A DNA stretch of 60,000 nt from Felis catus (taxonomy: Eukaryota), in assembly GCF_018350175.1 (NCBI RefSeq), contig NC_058368.1:116376001-116436000 (forward strand), read 5' to 3'. The translations under genes were made by a program, and so were the position numbers. The notes under the pieces were generated by a model that worked only from the letters and a program-made list of their open reading frames with translations, ran no database searches and was not told the origin of the DNA. Positions 51,780 to 60,000 of this stretch are shown piece by piece. Numbering within the stretch: the first letter of the stretch is position 1; the number at the start of each line of letters is the position of its first letter.

Positions 51780-52180
51780 ATCCTGAGCAGACTCCGTGGT
51801 GTCAGTGCAGAGCCCACTGAGGGGCTCAGTCTCACAAACCGTGAGATCATGACCTGAGCCACCAAATCAAGGGTTGGAAGCTTAACTGACTGAGCCACCC
51901 AGGTGCCCCAGCTCCCATTTTATATGTCACTACTTAGAGAGTCCTTCCCTAGCACTCAGTCTGAAAAGGTCCTCTTGCTCTTTTTTATAGTACCCTATTA
52001 TTTTCCTTATACCAATTTGTAATTATGCATTCAAATATGTATTTACTTTTTTAAAGCTTATCTCACCAGTTAGACTGGAAGATCCAGGAAGACCAAGCTT
52101 TATGAATATCACTCTTTATGCACATTGTTTAGCATAGTGCCCAACACATATTAGGCAGTCACTAAATAGCTATTGAATGA
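51370..52180. mobile_element. L2 fragment interrupted by an antisense CAN-SINE (51612-51909)
   Basis: L2 motifs ttaccatggcttacaaagccctgca, cagagggcctttgc, tagcatagtgcccaacacata...ttgaatga. Confidence 0.8.
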
Positions 52181-52218
52181 GAATGGTGTAAGTTTTAGGC
52201 CTTACAAAAAAAAATCTT

Positions 52219-52455
52219 AGGGGCGCCTGGCTGTCTCTGTCAGTGGAACATACGACTCTTGAATCTAGGATTATATGTTTGAGCTCCATGTTTGGTGTAG
52301 AGATTACTTAAAAAATAAAATCTTCTAAAAAAAAATCTTAAGGGTGGGGGAGAGGGGAAAGTGGGTAATGGGCACTGGGGAGGGCACTTGTTGGGATGAG
52401 CACTGTGTGTTGTATGGAAACCAAATTGATAATAAATTATATTTTTTAAAAATAT
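52219..52455 (+). mobile_element. Short SINE followed by a felid L1 3'-terminal fragment
   Basis: gagggcacttgttgggatgagcactg...tatggaaaccaa matches the L1 3' end at 59220-59280. Confidence 0.85.
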
Positions 52456-52494
52456 TAAAATATTTTCTAGACTTAATTCTTTAAGTTTTTGCCC

Positions 52495-52715
52495 TTTCCT
52501 TTTAATTGAGGCATCATTTACATATAGTGAAATATGCAAACCAAAGGTGCATAGTTTAATGAGTTTTGATAACTGTATACATCTGGGTAACCCACACCCC
52601 TATAAATTCATAAAATACTTCTGTAATCCTAGAAAGTTCCATCATGCCCATTCTCAGTGAATTTCCTGCCCTAGAGACAACGACTTTTCTGATTTTTGTC
52701 GCCATCAGACTAATT
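52495..52715 (-). mobile_element. Old L1 3' end fragment
   Basis: tttaattgagg...atagtttaatgagttttga...cctagaaagttcc motif. Confidence 0.7.
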
Positions 52716-53233
52716 CTGGAAGATGTTTTAGAACTTGGTAGGAAGGAAAACTATGCAAGTTTGGTTATATTGAGGTAGATGACACTTAGAATTAATTATA
52801 GATCATTCACCTCTGATCATAGCATTTAGAAAACATTTTCCCTAGATTGAAGTCATGGGTCTCAGATAATTGTGAGAATCTACCTTGTTTAACTAAGATG
52901 GACCCAAAATAATATTTTGCAAGGTAGAACATCTCTCTGTTTTAGGACCTATTTCCTTTTTAAATAAAGGTTCATTTCACACTGCCAATTTTTATTAATA
53001 CATTTATTCTAGGAAACACTTGTTTTCTACAAAAGTTTTTCTATTTTCAATGGGAAATGCTAAGTTAAATTTAGGAGAAATACCTGGGCATGTTGTTTTT
53101 ATTTTCATAATTTCAATTTTAAGTTTAGTAAATGATCTGGAAGTATCTTTATACCTTTTACTCTTAGGTTTTTAAGCATATGAGCAAATTTTCAAGGAAT
53201 TCTTCTGTGCATTTTTTGTTGTACTTCTCACAG

Positions 53234-53329
53234 GGTCATGTGAAAGTTGTTCAGTATTTGGTGAAGGAAGTCAATCAGTTCCCTTCTGATATTGAATGCA
53301 TGCGATACATAGCAACAATTACAGATAAG
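53234..53329 (+). CDS. ANKHD1: ANKHD1 coding exon, end of second ankyrin cluster
   Basis: ctcacag| GHVKVVQYLVKEVNQFPSDIECMRYIATITDK |gtaggt; 96 nt. Confidence 0.97.
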
Positions 53330-53801
53330 GTAGGTTCACTAGAACATTGAAACACATTTGTGTTCTTTGTGGAATTAGATGCCAAAGTGTACATTTAGCA
53401 ACCTTTGTTTTGTCCTCTGTGACACCGATCACCTCATCTGTCTGTGCTTTAGTTTCTCTATTTGCAAATGAAGAATGGATATAATAATTTTGATAAATTA
53501 TTTTGAGGATTCCTTCCTGTTATGGACTATAATTACAGTGAATGCAGCTAAAATTTATAACTACACTGTTACCTTGATTAGAAAGTTCTCTAAGAATACA
53601 AACTTTAAGAAATAGTGCTTTTTTATTTTTTTTTCATGAAAGATTGATACATGACTACACTCAAAGGATTGCTTATATTTGGCTCAATGAATTTCAGTTG
53701 TTTGGGCTTTATGCCCTGGACTTCAGTGTGCTTATCAACTTAAGTTTTATTTGGCCTGTTTCTATGTTCCTATATTTATATTATTCCATTTTCCACTGTA
53801 G

Positions 53802-53918
53802 GAACTCTTGAAAAAATGTCACCAGTGTGTTGAGACAATTGTGAAGGCTAAAGACCAACAGGCTGCAGAAGCAAATAAGAATGCAAGTATTCTTTTGAAA
53901 GAGCTTGATCTGGAAAAG
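53802..53918 (+). CDS. ANKHD1: ANKHD1 coding exon, helical/coiled-coil segment
   Basis: cactgtag| ELLKKCHQCVETIVKAKDQQAAEANKNASILLKELDLEK |gtgagt; 117 nt. Confidence 0.97.
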
Positions 53919-53946
53919 GTGAGTAAGAAAAATAATTTTTCTTATT

Positions 53947-54318
53947 AGAAATTGTTGAGGGGGTGTGGGAGGGAGGATGGGCTAAATGTTTGAGGAACAC
54001 TAAGGAATCTACTCCTGAAATCATTGTTGCACTGTATGCTAACTAATTTGGATGTAAATTTTTAAAAAGAAAAAAAAAAAAGAAATTGTTGAGGGACGCC
54101 TGGGTGGCTCAGTCGGTTAAGCGTCTGACTTCAGCTCAGGTCATGATCTCGTGGTTTGTGAGTTCGAGCCCCGCGTCGGGCTCTGTGCTGACAGCTCGAG
54201 CCTGGAGCCTGTTTCAGATTCTGTGTCTCCCTCTCTCTCTGCCCCCCCCCCCCCCCCCACTCACGCTTTGCCTCTGTCTATCTCTGAAAAATGAATACAC
54301 CTTAAAAAAAACTTAAAA
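53947..54318 (+). mobile_element. Short L1 3' fragment (TSD agaaattgttgaggg) stacked on a CAN-SINE (54093-54318)
   Basis: 15-bp repeat at 53947 and 54081 around a G-rich, poly(A)-tailed insert. Confidence 0.85.
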
Positions 54319-54856
54319 GATTTGGTAATAGCTACTGATGGCAAAGGTGTGGATAGATTAGCACTCTAGCGAATGATTTTTGTTGTATGGTATAAATTCC
54401 TATGACTATTAATGGAAATGCTTTCACAAATAAAAGGGTGGTTACCCTTATTCAGCTATTCCACTTGCAGAAATTTAGCCTCAGGTAAATAATTAGACAA
54501 ATGCTCGAAGATGTGAACTTACAAGGACATTCATTGCTGATAATAGGGGGAAATTTGTAAACCTTAAAGTCTTAACATCAGAAAATTAAAATTTAGCACC
54601 TCCATGATAAAGTTGATTACAGGTAAGATCAGAAGGGAAAAAAAGTTATATTCATTTTAAAATAAAGTGAAGTTCATAGTTAGATGATTACTAAGATAGT
54701 TTTCATGTCTATAATTTTGATTTTTGTGTAACTTCTCAAGGATATGGTCAGCAGTTCTCTAAATAGGTAGCCAGTTTGTTCTTATGCCAACAGAGTGATA
54801 AAATTCCGTATTTAGCTAAATGTGCAATGTCTTCTTTCACTCGTTTCTCATTTACG

Positions 54857-55182
54857 TAGGGGATTGGCAAACTTTTTCTATAAAATGTCGAATAGTAAAT
54901 ATTTTAGGTTTTGCAGGCCATATGGTGTCTGTCATATGTCCTCATCTCTGCCCTCAGAGCACAAAAGCAGCCATAGGCAATAGGTAAATGAACAAGCATG
55001 GCTTTGTTCCAATAGAACTTTATTTATGAACACTGGAATTTGAATTTTGTATAATTTTCAAGTGTCACGAAATAGTCTTTTTATTTGTTTCAACCGTTTA
55101 AAATATCAAAGTCAGTCTTAGATTTTAGGCCATCAAACATAGCAGACTGGATTTGGTATTCAGGCCATAGTTTGCCAACCTC
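54857..55182. mobile_element. MER58B-like hAT-Charlie MITE
   Basis: Terminal inverted repeats gggattggcaaact...agtttgccaacctc; internal atagtaaatattttagg, gttccaatagaactttattta. Confidence 0.85.
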
Positions 55183-55544
55183 TCATTTAGGTAAATCAAA
55201 GAGTAATCAATTTATGCCTCAAAATGATAAATTATAGTTTTGAGGAAAATGCTTTACCTGATTACCATAGAAGAACGAATAACTTGATCTGTTTCAAACT
55301 CTCATCATGATGCTAGGCAACTTACTACCATGTTTTCCTTTCCGAAAAAAACGACATTTTATAGTACTAATCACAGCAAAATCTAAAAGTGATCAGAATT
55401 CTGTATGTGGCTTAAAAAATTCTATAAGGTAGAAAAATAATTTTTACAATAGATTCTGGTTAATATTTTTAAAGTGAAATGTTTTAGAATTTTATAAAGA
55501 TCATGATAGCTGAATTTTAGTCAAATAAACAGATACTGCATACA

Positions 55545-55758
55545 TGTACATTCAATTCATCTATCATACAATTCACCCATTTAAAGTATACAATTGAGGG
55601 GTGCCTGGGTGGCTCAATCAGTTAAGTGTCCCAACTCAGTTTTCGGCTCAGGTCATGATCTCACAGCTCGTGAGTTTGAGCCCCACATCTGGCTCTGTGC
55701 TGACAGCGCAGAGCCTGCTTGGGATTCTCTGTGTCCCTCTTTTCCTGTGCCTCCTCTG

Positions 55759-55802
<44 letters not shown>

Positions 55803-55824
55803 AAAACAAATAAACATTAATATA

Positions 55825-55871
<47 letters not shown>

Positions 55872-56734
55872 ACAAAGTGTACGATTGAAGTGTGCCTGGC
55901 TAGCTCAGTCAGTAGGCATACAACTCTAGATCTTGAGGTCGTAAATTCAAGCCCCATGTTGGGTGCAAAGATTACTTCAAAAACTAAAATAGAAAAAATA
56001 TTTTAAAATAAATAAAGTATAGGGGCGCCTGGGTGGCGCAGTCGGTTAAGCGTCCGACTTCAGCCAGTTCACAATCTCGCGGTCCGTGAGTTCGAGCCCC
56101 GCGTCGGGCTCTGGGCTGATGGCTCGGAGCCTGGAGCCTGTTTCCGATTCTGTGTCTCCCTCTCTCTCTGCCCCTCCCCCGTTCATGCTCTGTCTCTCTC
56201 TGTCCCAAAAATAAATAAACGTTGAAAAAAGAAATTTTTTTAAATAAATAAAGTATACAATTCAGTGGCTTTTAGCATATTCAGAGTTGTGCATTCTTCA
56301 CCACAGCCAATTTTAGAATATTTTTACTGTCCTGGAAAGAAACCCTACACCCTTTAAGTGTCACTCACTTTATTCAATCTCTCCATCCTAGGTAACCACT
56401 AATCTGCTTTTTGTCTTTATGGATTTGCCTATTCTGGACATTACACATAAATGGAATCATGCAGTATCTGTTCCTCTGAGACTGGCTTCTTTCACTTCAT
56501 AATGTTTTCAAGGTTCAACCATGTTGTCACATATATCAATACTTAATTTCTTTTTATTCCTAAATAATATCCCATCTCTCTGTCTCTCTCTAGCACACTC
56601 TCTCTCTTTCCCTCCCACTCTCTCCTCTCTGTCTCTCTCTCTCTCACACACACATGCACACATACACACCCATACATCCATTCATTAGGTGATGGATATT
56701 CAGGTTGTTTCTACTACATAGGTATGTAAGTTTT

Positions 56735-56778
<44 letters not shown>

Positions 56779-57480
56779 TTTTCTTTCTTTCTGTTTTTTA
56801 AATATGGATCACTTCATGAGTTTGCATGCTATCCTTGCGCAGGGGCCATGCTCATCTTTGTATTGTTAGAGGGTTTTTAGTGTATGTGCTACCAAAGCAA
56901 GCACAGTGTTCAAGTTTTTGTATGAATGTGTTTTCATTTCTCTTGGGTATATATGTATATCTAGGAATGGCATTGCTAGAGCATGTGGTAATTCTATTTG
57001 AGGAGCTGCCAGATTGTTTTCCAAAGCAGCTGCACCATTTTATGTTCCTACCAGCAAGTGTTTGAAGGTTTTAATGTCTCCATACCCTCACCGCTATTTG
57101 GTATTATCTGTCTTTTTGAGTATAGCCATCTAGTGGGTATGGAGTGGGTATCTTATTGTGATTTTGATTTGCTTTTCCTTGATGTCTAGTAGATATTGAG
57201 CAACTGTCTTCATATGCTTTGGCTACTCATATGTTCTTTAGGAAAATGTCTGTTCAGGTCCTTTGTGTATTTTTGAATTGAGTTATATTTGTCTTTTTAT
57301 TACTGTGTCATAAGAGTTCTTTATTCTTGATACAAATCCCTTACCAGATGTATGATTTGCAAAAAAAAAAAAATTTTCCCATTTTATGGGTTGTATTTCT
57401 ACTCTGTTGATGGGTCCTTTGAAGCACAAAAACTTTTAACTTTGATGGCGTCTAGCTTATCTATATTTTTCTTTTGGTGC
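55545..57480 (-). mobile_element. L1MB-like element hosting three + strand SINEs (55598-55873, 55889-56014, 56022-56250) and the U6 retrocopy
   Basis: Collinear L1 motifs resume after each insertion (tatggatttgcctattctggaca, ccagattgttttccaaagcagctgcacc, atatgatttgcaaa-like). Confidence 0.85.
56800..56904 (-). pseudogene. U6 snRNA processed pseudogene (full length, diverged)
   Basis: Reverse complement begins GTGCTTGCTTTGGTAGCACATACACTAAAA, contains AGCATGGCCCCTGCGCAAGGAT and ends CCATATTT, as in U6. The ACAGAGA box is lost. An A-rich tail appears as (TTTC)n at about 56731-56799. Confidence 0.92.
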
Positions 57481-57546
57481 TTTTATAAATGTGTTTTAAC
57501 ACTGGTATCCATGGGAAGCCTCGTGTCATAAGCAAAAATACCCATT

Positions 57547-57754
57547 CTTTATTTTATTTTATTTTTTTACTGTTCATTTCTTTATTTTGAGAGAGAGAGA
57601 GAGAAAGAGCATGAACCAGGGAGGGGCAGAGAGAGGGGGAGACAGAGAATCCCAAGCAGGCTTTCAGCATGAGCCCAGACACAGGGGCTCAAACCACAAA
57701 CTATGAGATCATGACCTGAGCTGAAATCAACAGTTGGAGCCACCCAGGTTCCCC
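57547..57754 (-). mobile_element. CAN-SINE
   Basis: Flanked by acccattc[t/c]tta direct repeat. Confidence 0.88.
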
Positions 57755-57818
57755 ACCCATTCCTTATGTTAAATAATTGTATTATTGGTGAAATGATACA
57801 CCTGCACTTAATTTTCAG

Positions 57819-57993
57819 TCAAGAGAGGAGAGCAGAAAGCAGGCTCTTGCAGCTAAAAGAGAAAAAAGGAAAGAAAAGAGAAAAAAGAAAAAAGAGGAGC
57901 AGAAAAGGAAACAGGAAGAAGATGAGGAAAACAAACCTAAGGAGAATTCAGAACTACCAGAGGATGAAGATGAAGAGGAGAATGATGAAGATG
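57819..57993 (+). CDS. ANKHD1: ANKHD1 coding exon, basic NLS-like run followed by acidic run
   Basis: ttttcag| SREESRKQALAAKREKRKEKRKKKKEEQKRKQEEDEENKPKENSELPEDEDEEENDED+G |gtaaga; 175 nt. Confidence 0.96.
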
Positions 57994-58492
57994 GTAAGAA
58001 ACGACTTTTTCAAATTAATGATAAAATTCTGTTCATCAACTTCATTTTGAGTACTTTTTACTCTAATTAATTCTAGTTAGATATTCATTATTTTAATCTG
58101 GAATTGACAACTGGCTTTCATAGTAAATATTTCTAAATAATTTACATTGTAAAGTGATAGAAACAGAAAGGGTAAAGGCAAGCATGTAATTTGAAGTTTC
58201 AGTTGTAATTTAAGTCCCTTTGTAAAACATCATGTATGTCCTACATGTAATACAGTAAAGAGATTTGCCAGCTTCTGTTCAGGTTCTTCCGTACCCTTTC
58301 CTCCTCCATTTGGAAACTGGGGAGAGATCCAGTTCCTCAATAAATTTTGAGCTAAGACTTGGGCCCAAAGCTATACAGGTTCATTATTCTCAGAGTTGTT
58401 TTTGTACATTCTAGTAGTGTTTGTAATAGGCAAATAATTGTTCTCTATTTGAATTCTAATTCTAAAATACTATGTGAAAATTTCCCTGAATT

Positions 58493-58893
58493 TAAAATTT
58501 TTAATTAAATTCCCGTTTGTTAATATACAGTGTAACATTAGTTCCAGATATACAATTTAGTGATTGAACACGTCCACACATTACCTGGGGCTCATCACAA
58601 CAAGTGCACTTTTTAATCCCCATCACCCATTTAACACATCCCCCCACCACCTCCCCTCATCGACCTCCCCTCTGGTAACCATCAGTTTGTTCTCTATAGT
58701 TAAGAGTCTGTTTCTCGGTTTGCCTCTCTTTTTTTCCCTATGCTCATTTGTTTTGTTTCTTAAACTCCACATATAAGTGAAATCATATGGTATTCGTGTT
58801 TCTTTGACTTAGCATAATACTCTCTAGCTACTCATTCAAAAAGATCCATGCACCCCAGTGTTTACAGCAGCATTATCTACAGTAGTCAGACTA
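58493..58893 (-). mobile_element. Carnivore L1 3' end with inverted 5' segment
   Basis: 16-bp TSD aaaatttccctgaatt at 58477 and 58894; orientation switch near 58830. Confidence 0.85.
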
Positions 58894-58976
58894 AAAATTT
58901 CCCTGAATTCAAACTGTATTGTGAGTTTTGATTAACTCATGAGACTAACACCTCAGATCCTAAGAATGTTATGGTA

Positions 58977-59444
58977 CATGGATGGAACTGGAGAGCATTA
59001 TGCTAAGTGAAATAAGTCCTACAGAGAAAGACAGATACCATATGTGTTCACTCTTATGTGGATCCTGAGAAACTTAACAGGAACACATGGGGGAGGGGAA
59101 GGAAAAAAAACAAAGAGGTTAGAGAAGGAGGGGGCCAAAACATAAGAGACTCTTAAAAACTGAGAACAAACTGAGGGTTGATGGGGGGGTGGGAGGGCGG
59201 GGAGGGTGGGTGATGGGCATTGAGGAGGGCACCTGTTGGGATGAGCACTGGGTGTTGTATGGAAACCAATTTGACAATAAATTTCATATTAAAAAAAAAA
59301 AAAAAGAATGTTATGGTATAAGAGGCACCTGGCTCACTCAGTCGGAAGAGCATGCAACTCTTGATCTCAGGGCTATCAGTTCGAGCCCCATGTTGTGTGT
59401 AGAGATTACTTAAATAAATAAATAAAAACTTAAAAAAAAAAAAA
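58977..59444 (+). mobile_element. 5'-truncated felid L1 (58977-59303) stacked on a short SINE (59322-59444)
   Basis: catggatggaactggagagcattatgctaagtgaaataag; poly(A); TSD aagaatgttatggta at 58962 and 59304. Confidence 0.9.
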
Positions 59445-59667
59445 GAATGTTATAGTGTGAATGTTTTATACCAAGTTACACATCAAAATATGATATAGTA
59501 TTTTTGTTCTAACAACAATAAAGATTTCTTTATTTACTAGTGAATACTGATGAAAGGAAAATATGACTTAAGGAAGTGAATTACTCTGAATTATTATGTA
59601 TATCTTGTCACAACTTGTTCTGAGTTCTGTGCTCTCAGTGTGATTTTTATCCTTTTGCTAATTTCAG

Positions 59668-60000
59668 CGGAGCAAGAAGTTCCCATAGACCCTCCTAGTG
59701 CAACCACCACCACCACCATTGGAATCTCTGCAACATCTGCAACATTTACAAATGTGTTTGGGAAAAAAAGGGCCAATGTGGTGACGACCCCCAGCACCAA
59801 TCGGAAAAATAAGAAGAACAAAACGAAGGAGACCCCTCCCACTGCACATTTAATATTACCAGAACAACACATACCCTTGGCACAGCAGAAAGCTGATAAA
59901 AATAAAATAAACGGAGAACCCAGAGGTGGTGGTACAGGTGGGAATAGTGACTCCGACAACTTGGACAGCACAGACTGCAACAGTGAGAGTAGCAGTGGCG
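59668..60000 (+). CDS. ANKHD1: ANKHD1 coding exon (3' truncated by window)
   Basis: atttcag| (A)EQEVPIDPPSATTTTTIGISATSATFTNVFGKKRANVVTTPSTNRKNKKNKTKETPP...SDSDNLDSTDCNSESSSG; open to the window end. Confidence 0.95.

Noticed and set aside
51347..51820. 157-aa ORF
   Set aside because: Spans an L2 remnant, a (TTTTA)n tail and a SINE.
57766..58050. 94-aa basic ORF
   Set aside because: Alternative frame of the purine-rich exon 57819-57993; lack of stops is explained by composition.
225..59413. Dozens of 60-160 aa ORFs with motifs such as GAWVAQSVK, SLSLSLS, RERERE
   Set aside because: Translations of CAN-SINE bodies and microsatellites; no splice or coding context.
59594..59980. 128-aa antisense ORF
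   Set aside because: Shadow of the ANKHD1 coding exon on the opposite strand.
1..60000. Assignment to paralog ANKRD17
   Set aside because: Linker sequence (GTSKQKSSSLQVADQD) and the DKQEDMKTILEGIDPAKHQ exon match my recollection of ANKHD1; a BLASTP of the spliced protein would confirm.
1..60000. CRISPR arrays or prokaryote-like systems
   Set aside because: No regularly spaced repeat-spacer structure; the window is a spliced mammalian gene.

Overview
This window is AT-rich mammalian genomic DNA from a cat-family carnivore, judged by about 47 tRNA-derived CAN-SINEs (including young felid-type copies) and felid-type L1 3' ends. It lies entirely inside one + strand protein-coding gene, ANKHD1 (ankyrin repeat and KH domain-containing 1, MASK1). 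I traced 18 core coding exons by hand. All introns are GT-AG and the reading frame stays continuous from the first ankyrin cluster, through the Gln/coiled-coil linker and second ankyrin cluster, to the basic/acidic segment upstream of the KH domain. Both gene ends lie outside the window. A further exon at 16170 can act as a 57-nt cassette or as a terminal exon readable in two frames. Almost all other ORFs in the supplied track are repeat-derived noise. The best leads are splicing-related: a candidate exon cluster at 7858-8235, a competing stop-generating acceptor and possible RNA bridge around the 759-nt exon, and a templated-insertion-like scar in a 3' splice site. There is also a U6 retrocopy, a 5'-inverted L1 and repeated reuse of retrotransposon target sites. 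I see no evidence for a wholly new biological system. Repeat family names come from recalled consensus sequences and repeat boundaries are approximate.
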